Of a stretch of 64,000 bases of DNA, positions 26,971-41,931 are shown one piece after another; positions within the stretch are counted from its first letter, which is position 1, and every line of letters begins with the position of its first letter. The notes under the pieces are model-generated. The model did no database searches. It had not been told where the DNA came from and worked only from the letters and a program-made list of their open reading frames with translations. The stretch comes from the human T2T-CHM13v2.0 reference genome, Homo sapiens. The DNA lies in NCBI RefSeq assembly GCF_009914755.1, contig NC_060927.1; one strand, 5' to 3'. The position numbers and the translations under genes were made by a program.

Positions 26971-29084
26971 TGACAAAAATATCTACCCCCCAAAAATTTA
27001 TGGAAAAATTGAAATTTACATGTAATTCTATGGAAAAAATAATTTTTTTGAAAAGTGTGCATTAAAATTGACTGAAAAGGTGAGTAGTAAAACTTTTATT
27101 AAACCAATAAGAATGAAAGACGTAGAAAAAAACTTCAATGTAATAAAACGTCAATTTTCATGTTGTTTTTAATTAGGTTTAAAGTGCTGTGATAAAATCT
27201 ATTCTATTTTTTAAAACCTGAAAAGGGAAAATGTACCCAAAAGAGGTTATGATGCAATCATAGCCCAAATTTCAATGCTGGACTAAAAAAAAATCTGTAC
27301 ATCTGTTTCAAATGGGGATATTACTGTGAATGGGAAATAAAATAATAGATAACTTAATCAGACTATATTTGTCACTATCTGCAATGGTCTAGGCTAGTTT
27401 ATTACAGCAACAATATAATAATTAAAATTATAAAATATTTTAATAGAATTTATCACATCATCTTCTTGTAGGAAAATTAAAATAAAAAGAGCATTCATAG
27501 CATCAATGCATTTGTTCCATTTATATATGTGTGTTAACATTTTCTCTGGAGAAGATATTTCTTATCTTTCCCAAATCCTAAAATGTATTCATCCTATTTG
27601 CCATAGTTCTTTTTTAATAAGTTTTGCTAAGCAGACAATTAAACATATTTCAAAAGCTAGCCATCAATTCATATTTTAGAAAAACTAATACGGAAATATG
27701 TGATAGAAAATAAAATATTATTTTCATATATCTACTTTTGATACAATTCTATGAAGTCATAAGAATTATAACTGTATTGCAAAAGAAGATTAAATGACTA
27801 AGGAATATATTCACAGAGATACAGGCAATCAGTGACTAGAAGATGGTGTTATTGTCTTTGTAAAACATCAGCTAAGAAGCGATGAATTGCTAACTGTAAA
27901 CAAGTAGATGGGTAAAACAGGATGACAAAATAATGACATTACTACTATATTTTTCTCAGTAGTTGATCAGGTGATTTTAGTTACATATTAGTTTTCAAAA
28001 ATTCACATGAATACTGTTTCTCTAAGTTAGATGTAATTTATAGAAATATTTTAACTGAGTTTATTAAAAAGTGAGATAAGGATTTCAATAAACTATCAAT
28101 AAGAAGAATATGAAACGGCAGAAAAGAATTCAAAATGAACAGCTACATTGTTAGAATCACTGATTCCTATCTTCTAGGCCATACCTTCTTAGTTTCTGCA
28201 AAGGTGGATATATGCTACTTCATTATCACCCTCCTTAGCTTTTGTTTTTTTCTCCCAGCTCCACTTACAGAAATACAAATCTCAGAGTGAAGGCCTGGCA
28301 TAAAGAAAATCTGCATCTGTAAAAATAAAGCTAAACACTATCCACAAGTTTGTCAGGAAGCTTTGATGTGCTTAGCTGAAAGAACACTTTACACAGATTT
28401 GATATAATACTGACAAGAGTGGTCCTTATTCCAATATTGATACTAGTAAAACCTGCAATATGATCCTATATTTTGCATGCCATGCCTCAACTTTCCCATT
28501 TGGCAATACTTTCTCTGGAATATTAACACAACGACAGATAAATTGGAGTGTTTCTAGTTCCTCAGTACAAAGTTACATGTTTGACAATTCTAAGTGTCCT
28601 ATTTTTTTCTTTACTTCAATTTTAAATGCCTTATGCTGAGAAATGGGTTAGTTATATAATAGAAAAGAGTTTGTATAATCACAGCCAATATTCAATTCTT
28701 CTCATTTTATTCTTCTCAGAATTAAATTATTGTAGTCCTTGTTAAAATTTAAATCCAAATTAAACACATTGATTTGAGCTGGTGTTTCTTAATTTGTTCT
28801 GATCTGTAAAGCACTTTAAAGTGAACAAGGGGTGTGTTATATAAATGCAAATGACTGAGAGGTTGTTACAGCTTTTCAGCATACAAGAATTCAATAGAGG
28901 AAACATAACTTATATCATAAACAAAAGAATCCTCCTGGAGAATGGTAAGAAACAAAGTACTTCAAACTACTCTAAATAGACAAATTGCAGTTACTAAAAC
29001 ACTCATTAAATCACGTGTATTTAAAAAACAGCAACAAAAACAATTATAAGCAATGACAATTAGAGTGATAGAAAATTTAGTGGA

Positions 29085-29210
29085 TATTCAGCTTAAGTGT
29101 CTCATTTTGGATATGAGATAACAAAGCAATTAGTATCTGGAACATGAATAGCCAGCAGAATTAGAACGTAAACCTAGTCATTCTAGCTTCCAATTCAATG
29201 TTTTCTGGAC
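29085..29210 (-). mobile_element. MIR fragment
   Basis: CTCATTTTGGATATGAGA...GCAGAATTAGAAC..AACCTAG resembles the MIR core. Confidence 0.45.
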
Positions 29211-29411
29211 AAAATACATCTTTATTTAGATACAGTGAGGAAAAAACTTGGTCAAAATATTAATTTTAATGTATTTTAAAAACACAAATATTACTAATTA
29301 CGATAAGGGATACTGAAATTTTTGTCTTTAAAATTATGTGTTGTATATACATATGTATGTGTATATATATTTTGCTGATCCTGTGGTTTGTCGATCTTAT
29401 CTATTTATCTA

Positions 29412-29412
<1 letters not shown>

Positions 29413-29460
<48 letters not shown>
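29413..29460. repeat. (TCTA)12 tetranucleotide STR
   Basis: Twelve perfect TCTA units with degenerate flanks. Confidence 0.97.
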
Positions 29461-29778
29461 ATTATCTCCCAGACTTGTACTGAGTGGAACTAAATGCCAA
29501 AGACATAGGTTGAAAATATTGTTATTCAATATTTTCATTGAAAAACAGTGGGAGGTGGAGAGCAAATTACTTGTTTACCAAAGCATTCTGTCATCAGAAC
29601 ATTTAAATGTTTAAAATAGGTTGATAATCTTAGAAGGATTCTTATTACCCTAGAAAAAAGGTCTAAAGAAAATGTATCTAATGTTAGTATAGCTACATTA
29701 CTTTGAAAAAAAAATTCAAAGTGTGATTTTTCCCTGATTCTTCTGTCGTGCATACTTTGGTTTTTCTAGGCTAGAATA

Positions 29779-29807
29779 AAATGTTTTCTCCTTAGGAGAA
29801 AACATTT
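29779..29807. repeat. Perfect palindrome, 14-bp arms, 1-nt spacer
   Basis: AAATGTTTTCTCCT-T-AGGAGAAAACATTT. Confidence 0.95.
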
Positions 29808-30439
29808 ACTAATGTGAAGGGTCACTTTAGGCTGTCCTGAAAGGATAATTTGATATTTGGGATGATTATGTGTGTGCACATTTGTAAAACACTCAACATT
29901 GTGCAACTACTTCATAGAGAGGGTTAGTTCAGTGTAAATTTTCTCAACCAAAGGGATCTTATTCATCAAGCCCTCTTTCATTGCCTGTTTATGTTTTTAT
30001 TTTTCCGAGGTTTTTCAAAGCTTTCATTTTTCAGAGTTTCAGCAATGCAGAAATATAAATTCAATTGGTATATTGGTTACGCTGATTTTGGACAAATCGC
30101 CACTTTGTTTTAGAAGATAAGACTGGCCCAGCATGCTTTTCATGACTCTTCTCTAAATCAGGCATGTGACATTAGATTAGGAAATGCACATGATAAGTAT
30201 GCCACTAAAGCATTGAATGTCTTATTGACGTTATATTGCAATCATGTTTTAAATGTGTTTGTACAGTATCATTCAACATGTTATGATGTAATGTGCTTTC
30301 TTAATTATTAAAATATTATTTTTCTTTTTCTTGAATTTAAAAAGTTGTATAGCAGCAGAGATGCTCAAATCTGAAGGATGACATGACAAAGCAGCTTTCC
30401 AACACCAAACTCAACAAAGTGTAGCAAAAGGGAAGAGAT

Positions 30440-30667
30440 GAAAACCTAAGTGAGAATGTGAAATAGGTTTTTATTGAAGCGTGTTAGATTGCTGAATGGT
30501 ATCTCACGGGAAGTAACAGAAGCTCTCTCACTTGAATCATTTAAAATCTCTCTTATAAAGAATAGTTAAGAATATATTGCCAGGAACAATCTCATATTGA
30601 AATAGAGAGAAATAAAATAACCTAGAAGTTCTTTTCCTTCTCTAACTTCTAATACTTTATAATTCTG
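30440..30667 (+). mobile_element. CR1/L3-like LINE 3' end (ancient)
   Basis: GAATGG..GGGAAGTAACAGAAGCTCTCTCACTTGAATCATTTAAAA and terminal CTTTTCCTTCTCTAACTTCT..ATTCTGT resemble CR1 3' ends. Confidence 0.45.
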
Positions 30668-31328
30668 TACATAGAAAAATATATTAAAGTCTGAGGTGCA
30701 GCTTTAAACAGCATTGAATTGTTTGTTTAGTTTTATGATTGTGCACAGAAATAGCAGATGTTGGTCTATATACTAAAATACTGCAGAAGAGTACCCTGAA
30801 ATTTAGAAATAGATTACGTTAATGTACCCTGAAAGTGTCTCTTAAATTGAACCCCAGTTTATATTCATGCAGCCTAATGTGGTCTTCTAAAAACAAGTTA
30901 CCAAAATCCATACTCAGTGTTTTAGGATGGTAAGTGTATTGAACCTATGAAGTATGCTGATAAAATTTCCATTGAAAAATTAAATCTACAGAATAAAACT
31001 AAACTGTAGATTCTCCAATTGACATATATCTTCCAAAAATGGGAAATACTTTTGAAATATATTAAAAATTACAAAGGAATGCATACAAAATTCTAAATTA
31101 CTTATGTTTTTTGAAATTAGTATTATAATTTTCAATATAATTGATTTAAAAAATACCATGAAATCCTGTGTGTTTACTTTAAAGTATCACAAATATCAAT
31201 GTAGTGATGGAAAATGCACTTATCAGACAACTTGACACAATCTTAGAAAAATATGAAGATTTGAGTAAGAGAAGAATATCATTCATTTTAAGTAGCATGT
31301 TTTAGGCAGAGAAATTGATTATCTTTAA

Positions 31329-31885
<557 letters not shown>

Positions 31886-32585
31886 TTAAGGAACATGTTA
31901 GCCAAATGTAATAAGACTCAATATTCAAATTTGAACAAGCTAACTTTAACAAAAACTCACATTTACAAATAATCTGAGAAATTTAAAGACAAAATAAGTA
32001 TCAGATGATATTAGACAATTAAAGAGTTGATTATATTTAAAAATCTGTATGTGCTTTCAATAATAGTAGAACTTGCATTGATTAAATTATATAATGTCTG
32101 TGATAGCTGATGTCTATTGAATCAGATTTTTCTATGTACATTATTCATATCTTTATAACACTTTGTTGTGATGCAATAGTTTGTGAAAGTAAACCATAGT
32201 TGTTTGTCCATGTTTTATAAAACATATATGGCTTTTTGTTTGTTTTTTTGCCCAATTGGAGACATTGGTATTTAACTAACCTGAGAGAAAAGAGGGAGTG
32301 GTGATAATTTTTTAATTGAATGGAATTATCATATAAAGACTAATGGCTGAAATAAATATAAATAAGGTTGTGTTATCTGCTTTATTAATTCTCAAAATCA
32401 CTATACATACATTTATTCTGATATATATTTTCTAACCTTTCTGGGAAACTATTAAAATGGTTATTTTATTTTTCAGTATAAATAAAACAAAAGGGCAGTG
32501 TAATGTTTGGAAATAAAATTGTTAACAGTTTACTCTATTTCAATTACTGATAATAAAATATTTAAAATATATCTGCATTCGAAAA

Positions 32586-32801
32586 TTTTATTTATTTATT
32601 TATTTATTTATTTTTAACTATTAAGTTCGTGGGTACGAGTGCAGGTTTGTTACATAGGTAAGCCTACATCATGGCGGTTTGTTGTACAGATTATTTCATC
32701 ACCCAGGTATTAAGCCTAGTACCCATTAGTTATTTTTCCTGATCCTCTTCCTCCTCTCACGCTCCACCCTCTGAAAGGCTTCAGTGTGTGTTGTTCCCCT
32801 C
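32586..32801 (-). mobile_element. Short 3' end of an older L1PA (about L1PA13-16)
   Basis: (TTTA)n tail, GTGCAGGTTTGTTACATAGGTAA and CACCCAGGTATTAAGCCTAGTACCCATTAG. Confidence 0.85.
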
Positions 32802-32912
32802 AATGCATTTGGATAAAGACTTGATGTCAAAAACAGTTGAACCAAAGAAGAATACTGACATTAACTGGAAGGAGATGAAATGACAAATACTGCAGGCAGT
32901 ACTTTATAGAGA

Positions 32913-33127
32913 TTTTTTTTTTTTTTTTGACACAGAAGCTTGCTCTGTCCCCAGGCAGGAATTAGAGGCATGTGCCACCATGCCTGGCTATTTTTTTTTC
33001 TATTTTTAGTAGAGATGGGGTTTCACCATGCTGGCCAGGCTGGTCTCGAACTCCTGACCTAAAGTAATCTGACTGCCTGGGCCTCCCAAAGTGCTGGGGT
33101 TACAGACGTGAGCCACCACCCCCAGTC
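32913..33127 (-). mobile_element. Alu lacking most of the right-arm interior
   Basis: CCCAGGCAGGA joins directly to ATTAGAGGCATGTG. Flanking AGAGA repeats at 32908 and 33128. Confidence 0.9.
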
Positions 33128-33899
33128 AGAGAAGTGTTTTTGAGTCTCCTGTTTTACCTGCTCCTACCTAAATAGTAACACATGCAGACGGATGTGTGGG
33201 TTGTCTCAGGTATGGAGATATACCTCCTTCTCACTATATTTAGGAGAATTTATCCCAGAATACAAAAATTACATGTATGACAACATAGTATGCAAATTCA
33301 ATAAGTGAAAAACAAACCTAAACTCAACAAACTTAAACAAATATACAACTGCATAACATTCCTATCTCCAATTCTACAAACATGCTAAAATTTACAGAAA
33401 AAAAACATTAATGTATAAATAATTTCTTCAAAATGACTATGGTGATATATCATTCAATGGATCTTCTAAACAACCTTGCACAGTAAAATCAGGAATAAAT
33501 AAAAATTGTTTAAAACACCTAAAAGTAAAAGCAACAAATAAGAATACAAATGTTCTCTAGAGTAAAAACTAACCAAACTTCTAAATTCAAATAATATAAC
33601 ACAAAGTAATTGACCATTTATATTTATATAAAACTTGTTATTTTGCCCTGATGTACCAGAGATAAAACCCTATATCATAACATAGATCAGCAGAATCAGA
33701 AATCATGGAAGAGTTTGTCGTTAACAAATCAGAATAGCTCTGCATATCTGTTAAAATATGAATATGAATAATGTGTTTCTCTCCAATGTGTGTGATTGTT
33801 TTATGCATTGTGTGCAGTATATGGAATATTTTAGAAAAGTTAGATAGACCTTACCAATTATTTGTGAGGTACACAAGTTGATAACTATTGAAAGTTCTA

Positions 33900-34212
<313 letters not shown>

Positions 34213-34357
34213 AAAGTTTTAGTTATACTAATACCTTACCACCAATTTCACCTACATAGTATGTAATGTAGTTAAAGTATGCATTTCATTGCTTACTTTA
34301 AGCGATGAAATAACACATTCAAATAATGCATGCATCAGTATTTGGAATTTAAAAGTG

Positions 34358-34679
34358 TTTTTGGTTTGTTTGTTTTTGTTTTTGTTTTTGTTTTTTTGAG
34401 ATGGAGTCTTGCTCTGTTGCCCAGGCTGGAGTGCAGTGGTGCAATCTCGCCTCACTGCAACCTCCGCCTCTAGGGTTTAGGCGAATCTCCTGCCTCAGCC
34501 TCCCAAATAGCTGGGATTATAGGCGCCTGCAACCCCACCCAGCTAATTTTTCGTATTTTTAATACTGATGGGGTTTCAGTATGCTGGCCAGGGTGGTCTC
34601 AAACTCTTGACCTTCTGATCTGCCCTCCTGGGCCTCACAAAGTGCTGGGATTACAGTTGTGAGTCACCGGCACCCGGCC
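34358..34679 (-). mobile_element. Full-length AluS with (TTTTTG)n tail
   Basis: Reverse dimeric Alu with TSD AAAAGTG at 34351 and 34680. Confidence 0.95.
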
Positions 34680-35592
34680 AAAAGTGGTTTTAAAAGTCAT
34701 TCATGAAAATCATTTTTACATATTTATAACTTATATCCGTGATTGAAATGTACAGGCTCATGTCTAAATCTCATCCACTTCTCTAACTTCACTTAACCTA
34801 GATTATCCCCAGAAATAAATGCTTTTTTAATGTAGTGATTCCATAGAAATTATTTCTTTTTTTTTTTTTTCTGGTGCTTCTGTCTAAGAGGCATTTTAGA
34901 CAGATACTTCTGTATTTATGTTGCCTTCCTTGGGTTTTTTCATCATCAACAATTGTGAATATCATTTGCAAAAGTACATATATTTGCATATCCAATAAAC
35001 TATATATAAATTTCAGGCTGGTTTAATCTTTTACCAAACTTTCCATGATTGCTCCTAAAATCACTTCACACAAACAAATCTTGGGACCCGGATGTATAGT
35101 GAATGAAATTGGGCTGATTTGGTAAGAGCTCAGAGAAAGATAGCTTACAATCTTGTGCACATCTTCAAAAATTTTAGTCCTTGAATTTGTGGATGATTTG
35201 TGAAATGTAATAAACAAAACACTATCCTGAAATATTAAGTTTGTTTATTTTAGTCACTCTCTAAGGGGCTCTGAATAGCATTTTTTGTTTATACATCTAC
35301 CTCCCCCATCTTAACAAACATTTCTAGCAAGAAGAACACCTCAAAATCAAAGCAAGGGGCATCTATGAATTTCTTTCCTTTCGAAGTTAAAGTAGATATT
35401 ATAAAATAAGCATTCTATATGTTCAGTTTATTAAAGTCAATAGAAAGCTTTTCTAAACAGCACATCATAGAGCTACCATTTATCATACTTTAATTCAGCA
35501 CCTATTGCAAGAATAAATGCTTCAGTGAACTTTGGTAAGCCAAGTGACACACTCAATAAGACTTATCTAACATTTACCTGGTTCTACTATGA

Positions 35593-35919
<327 letters not shown>

Positions 35920-36704
35920 TAAGAGTTTCTGAAATTTAAGGATAAAAATTACGGCTATTATTATAGATATTTCTAATGTTCCAAATACAAATTTATGAAG
36001 TTTAAATACGTATAGGGACATATTTTCTCTCGAGACTAATTAGAAATAAAGGCATGGCTTAATAAGAAACATTAAAATATGTGTGAAATATACATATTTT
36101 ATTTTTCTCTACAGTTAGAACTTTCTGAGTAAATTTTACTAAAGCTTGGCACCTGTGTTAAATAAAAAGGCTAATAGTTATATTACGATTAATTGTTTAG
36201 TCAGATAAGAATCCCTGGGTTGTAAAGTTTCAGACAGCTAAGCAGTCTCGTCTTCTGGGAAAACGTATTTGCATTCCAAAGAAGTAAAAAATAAGAACCT
36301 AGAATCCTTCCCAATGTTTCTGAGAAGACTCTTTCAGAAGGGGAGTGGACACAGCTACTCTCTCTCCTATATAAATATCCATATTCACTTTTTCTGGATT
36401 CCCTATGTACTGTACACTCTATTATATGTAGACTGACTTCTTCTTGTTTCACCTCAGGAAAAAATTGGAGGAAAGTAGAATAGGCACATTTATTATTTGC
36501 TATTAGTAAATAATTAATTTTCCCCTCTATAGCAACCTTGTATTGGCATCCAAGATAATGTTAATACATACAAATATTAAAAACTGAATATTCATATTGG
36601 GGAAATTTACAAGATGCTGACAAAATAAATACAGTCCTTAAATAGAGGCATCCCGTGCTACATAGAAATTTAAATGATTCAATAATAATTCAAACACTCA
36701 GAAG

Positions 36705-38275
36705 AATTTTTTAACATTTTATTAGTAATAATTAGAGATTCCACAGAAAGTTGTGTCTTATATACCCTTCCTTCAGCTTTGCCCAATGTTAACACCTTGA
36801 CAAGGCCTGTGCAATGTTAAAACCAGGAAATTACCATTCATGCAAACCACAGAGAGTATTCTTCAGGTTTTTTCAGTTACACATGGACTCATTTTTGTGT
36901 GTTTGCGTAAGTGTGTGTGGTGCTATGCAATTTTAATCCAAGTGAGACTTCATATAACCACCACAAAAATTAAGTTCCTAAACTGCAGACTCATTTCAAG
37001 ATTCCCTCATGATACCTCTTTACAGCCTCATTCTCCCACTCATCTCAAACCCCTAGCAATCAACAATTTGGTTTTTGCCTTAATAATGATGTTTTTCCTC
37101 ACAAATATTATATAACTATACAGATATAGATATATACACACATATACATATATTATATATTATATAATGTTATTACATAAGTGTATATATAATAATTCAG
37201 ATGTATTCTTTAGATTAGCTCTTTTTGAGCTCAGCATGATTTCCTTGAGGTCCATACAAATCGTGTGTATCAATAGTTTGCTCCTGTGTAAAACTGAGCA
37301 GTATCCCGTGGTATGGATGTACCACAGTTTGCTTACCCATTCACCATTGAAAGCCATTTGGGTAGTTTCCAGTTTCTGGCTATTACCAATAAAACCACTA
37401 TGGGCATTCATTTACAAATTTTAGCATGAAACTACATTTTCATTTCTGTAGTATATTTGCCCAAAAGTGAAAATGTTGGGTCATATGGTAAATCCACTTT
37501 TAGTTTTAAAAGACACCACCAAACTATTTTTCAGAGTGGCTCTATACTTGCACTCCAACCAATGAAGTATGAGTAATCCAATTTCTCTGTATCTTTGTCA
37601 GCATTTAACAGTATAACTATTTAATACTTTAGCCATTTTTACAGGTACACAGTGATATCTTAGGGAAGGTCTAATTTCCATTTATCTAAAGGCTAATGAT
37701 GTTGCTATTTTTATATGCTTATTTGTCACTTGGATATGCTCTATTGAAATATCTGTTCACATTCCTCAATCATTTTCTAATTGAATTGTTGTTGTTTATT
37801 GTTGTATTTTGAAAACCATATATATCTACATATATATTTATGATATGGGTACTGTGTTGGAAATATGATTTGCAAATTATTTCTGCCAGTGTATAACTTG
37901 CCTTTTTATCCTCTTACCATGATGTTTCACAGAGTAAATGTTTTAAATTTTGATCATGTCAAATTTATCCAATTTTTTATCCAATTTCCCTTTCACATAT
38001 TGTGCTTCTGGTGTCATTTCAAGTAATGATCTTTCCAACCTTACTTTTCTGCCAGAAATTTTATAGTTTTGTGTTTTCCATTTAAGGCTAGGATCCATTT
38101 TGAGTTAAACTTTGCATAAGGTGTGAGGTTTAGTTTAAGATTCATTTATTTGCCTATGAATGCCCAACTGATCCATCATCATTTGCTGCAAAAGCTGATC
38201 CTCCTCCATTGAATTGCTTTTACTTCTATGTCAAAAATTAATTGGATGTATTTATGTGGATCTATTTCTGGGTTC
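36705..38275 (-). mobile_element. Old L1 (L1MC/MB-type) 3' portion
   Basis: GTATGGATGTACCACAGTTTG, TTTCCAGTTTCTGGCTATTA and GATCCATTTTGAGTTAA. The - strand ORF at 37160-37411 resembles the L1 ORF2 C-terminus. Confidence 0.85.
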
Positions 38276-38619
38276 TTAATATTTTTTGAAGATAACTTTA
38301 AGGCATGGTATTATTCAGAAAATAAGAAATAAATGCAGACCATCAATTTGCATTTAAGCAGTGAAAGATGGAAAAATGGGCCTCTCAAATCTATGCTTCT
38401 TGTCCAATTTTAGTGTTTGGGAATGATGTATTATAGAAGATTATCACATATGTGCCGTATAACTGACTCAGTGTTTATTGTCAATCAAGGAAATAATATA
38501 AATGCATGATTTTAATTTCAAATGCATAATTTTAATTTCTATTTGGAAGCTAATGGTTTTCAACTGGTGTCACTTATCTGTTCTGAGCCAGAAATATAGT
38601 TCTAATGTTTCCTAAATAT

Positions 38620-38960
38620 TTTTCAACTGAATATTCCATAGGCAACTCAATTTCATTACATTTAAATCTGAATTTATGATCTCCCCAGGGTAAGGGCAAC
38701 ATATATTATTTCTCCCACCTTCATGATTTTAGTTACTTGTAGTTTTATTCTCTCAGGCATCTAAACGCAAGTTCAAATGTGACTGCCTTCTGATTTCAAA
38801 TACCTAGCACATTACCAACTCCTGCCAGTCAAAGTATCCCCAGTATTACTGAAATCATGTCCATTATCTTCATTTTCCAGTGCTTCTGCTTTAATTTAGA
38901 TTTTTAATATTTTTTCCTTGGACTATTTTTATAGTATCACCTTGGCATTCAAACCATGGC
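38620..38960 (+). mobile_element. L2 fragment
   Basis: CCATAGGCAACTCAATTTCA..AAATCTGAATTTATGATCTCCCC resembles the L2 3' region. Confidence 0.5.
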
Positions 38961-40819
38961 CAGGTGCCTATTTGCTTAGTACTGACTTACTCAGTGTTTT
39001 TGTTCACTTGGCCTAAAACTAAAATTCATAACTAAGAGGCCAGTTCACCATCTGTAAAAGTGAAGGTTGATTCACCAATATTTACATTCAAAGTATAAAA
39101 TTAAATAGTCATAGAAGAAAGCCTCTTAGTTCAGTAGCATATAACTGCTTAATAAATGTAATTACGTTGAACATCATTAGTAAGTTAGATAAAACCCTTG
39201 TGTGAGAACTTGTGTACATTTTCAAACTAATCTTCCTCAAACTTCCCTAATTAGGTTAAACTTGGGCCCTAATGTATTATGGTACCTCAGCTGCTCTATG
39301 ACAACTGAACTCCCACTCACTTGATAAATTGTTGCCTATTCTCCCTGGATAATTAGGAATTTCCTATTTCTTTTTTGAAGTAATACACAATATAGTTTAT
39401 ATAAAACTGCGATATATTTTATTTATCTATTTTACTGTTTTTTTTTTACTAAATGATGTTTCTAAAGATCTGCTATCTATGCTATTGTACATTTTCAGTA
39501 CTTAAGTATCTAACTGATTTATGGGAACCTTGGTAATAAAATATCACTCAATAAGATATATGAGATTAAAATTTCCACTAAGACACTTGATGAAAAGTAG
39601 AAATAAATGACTCCTCCAAAATGAGTGAAAATATTAATTTTTTATATTTTTCTAATAATTTCCCTCATATTCTCATACCATTCACCCTCTTGAGAGTAAC
39701 CAGTTTAAATATATTGTTGTATTTCATTTTCTTTGTTCATATACTTATATACATAAATATAGCCTGATAAAGTTTTCTTTGATAGATTTTTCTAAAGAAG
39801 AAAATGCTATAATCATAATCTATTATGGTCCCCTCCCATCCCCTCCACTCCCCTTCCCTTTCTTTGCTTTTACTTTTTCTTTTGATAAATTATGGATATA
39901 CCATTCTGGAACTTTAGAGATCTAATACTATCTCCTTATTTTACCCACACCCGTATGTGGGCACAATTTCACATAAATAACACCATATCATATATGTTGG
40001 GAGTTTCTGAGAATTTTCCTTATCTCTTTATTTTTGCCTTTCTTTTTCCTGTTGGCTGGTAATATCATCCTACACCCCACACACACTTAGTAAAAGGCAT
40101 AAAGCTAATATATTTTATATCTATAGATGATTATAACATATATCTATTATTACATACTTTTAAAATTGTTTATATCATCAAATTTCTGCTTTTTCTCACA
40201 ATTATTATGGTAATATAATTAAGTCATTTGATATAGTTTTAGTTGTGCAAAATTAATCAATTATGCCCTAATTGCCCTGAATTCAGATTGCTTTCTTCTT
40301 TTACCATTGCAGTGTTTAAATACACATGTGCATCCATTAATGCTTTAGTTTCTTTTTAAATAATAAAGAAGAGGATTGATGAATAAAAGTTCATAATAAT
40401 CTCTAAAGTCTGATGTTTTGGTACAATTTGGCACAATTTTTCCCGACATTGAATAATGGCAACTGTGTATTTGCCTTTGAAAGTCGGATTCTGATAAAGT
40501 ATTCTAGCAATTTTGTCTCAATTTTTATTTATCCATTTTGCAAAATATCTAATAAAATAAATTTTAAGCATCATTGTGTGCTTTTATTGTCCATTTGGAT
40601 TAGCTTTTTTATAAATTATCAATTCTTATCATTTGCCAACTTTTCTACTTGGTTGTGCTGTGGCTTTAAAGCCACTGGTTTGGCTTGGTTTACCTATATT
40701 TTCAGAAATTTTCTTTCTTCTATGTGTCTGGTTATTTTATGCCACAAATGAGATTCTTGAAGATTGGGCTGATTGAAAGAAAGCAACAACCACTTTGTAG
40801 CCCACACCCACTGGTGATA

Positions 40820-41192
40820 GATATGGTTTGGATATGTGTCCCCCCACATATCTCATGTTGAATTGGAGTGGCCTGGTGGGAGGTGATTGGATCATGAGGG
40901 TGGATTTCCTGCTTGCTGTTTTCCTGATAGTGAGTGAGTTCTCATGAGATCTAATAGTTGAAAAGTGTGTGCACTTCCCCCTTTTCTCTATCTCTCTCCT
41001 GCCACCATGTGAAGAAAGTTCTTGCTTCCCCTTTACCTTCTACCATGATTGTAAGTTTCCATGATTGTATGTTTGTAAGCAGTCAGGCTTCCTTTTAAGC
41101 CTGGGAAACTGTGAGTCAATTAAACCTCCTTTCTTCATAAATTACCCAGTCTCAGGTAGTTCTTTGTAGCAGTGTAAAAACAAATGAATACA
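40820..41192 (+). mobile_element. MSTA-like MaLR LTR nested in an older LTR
   Basis: GATATGGTTTGGATATGTGTCCCC...ATAAATTACCCAGTCTCAGGTAGTTCTTT...AATACA. Confidence 0.88.
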
Positions 41193-41701
41193 GTGCTGAC
41201 TTGCTGATACACGTTCTTTCCATAAAGGAGCCGCCGGACTTGCAACTGTTCTACTATCCTTTGGATTAATATCAGCTTCTTAAACTGATGGGCTGGGTAT
41301 GTTTGGCTCCGTGAAAATGGGTGCTCGCTACTACAGGATACCCATACCACCAATGTCAGAGGCAACAAGAATGGACACAAGTTTCAGTTGCTCCTGGAAG
41401 GATTCCATCCTGTATATTCAATTCTTCTCTTGAGCTTCTCTACTTTATATTCTTCTTCCTTTCCAAACTCCCTGCACTGTAGACATCAAGGTTCAGCCTC
41501 ATACATAAAGACAACAATCTGACACAGTCCAGCATAGAAAAATATCAAATCCACATACAATTATATATAGATATAAAGTATTATCTCTTTATATACATAT
41601 ATAAAGAGATACATAAGATATATATACAATAAGATATAATAAGACTATATATATATATATCTTAGTAGCTCTGCATCTATGGTTAAACCCTGCCTAATAC
41701 A
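41193..41701 (+). mobile_element. Old ERVL LTR 3' part (LTR40/LTR52-like)
   Basis: Ends CTCTGCATCTATGGTTAAACCCTGCCTAATACA after a TA tract, which is typical of ERVL LTR ends. Family is uncertain. Confidence 0.45.
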
Positions 41702-41769
41702 AGTATTTATTCATTTGTTGTCAATTTGTAAGAGCACTTCGAATATTACTAATTAGTGGACATTCTAGC

Positions 41770-41931
41770 ATTCTTTGAAGTAACCTAGAGATATTTAAAC
41801 TAAGATTTCAGGACATGACCTCTAGAGTTGTTGATTCGTAGGTCTTGGGAACCTCCTGAACTCCGACATTTCTGACAAGTTCCTATGATGCTGATGTTTC
41901 TGGTGTGTGGATGGCACTTTTGGAACCACTG
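41770..41931. mobile_element. MER5A-like hAT-Charlie relic
   Basis: GATTCGTAGGTCTTGGG, CATTTCTGACAAGTTCC, TGATGCTGATG and terminal GAACCACTG. Confidence 0.7.
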
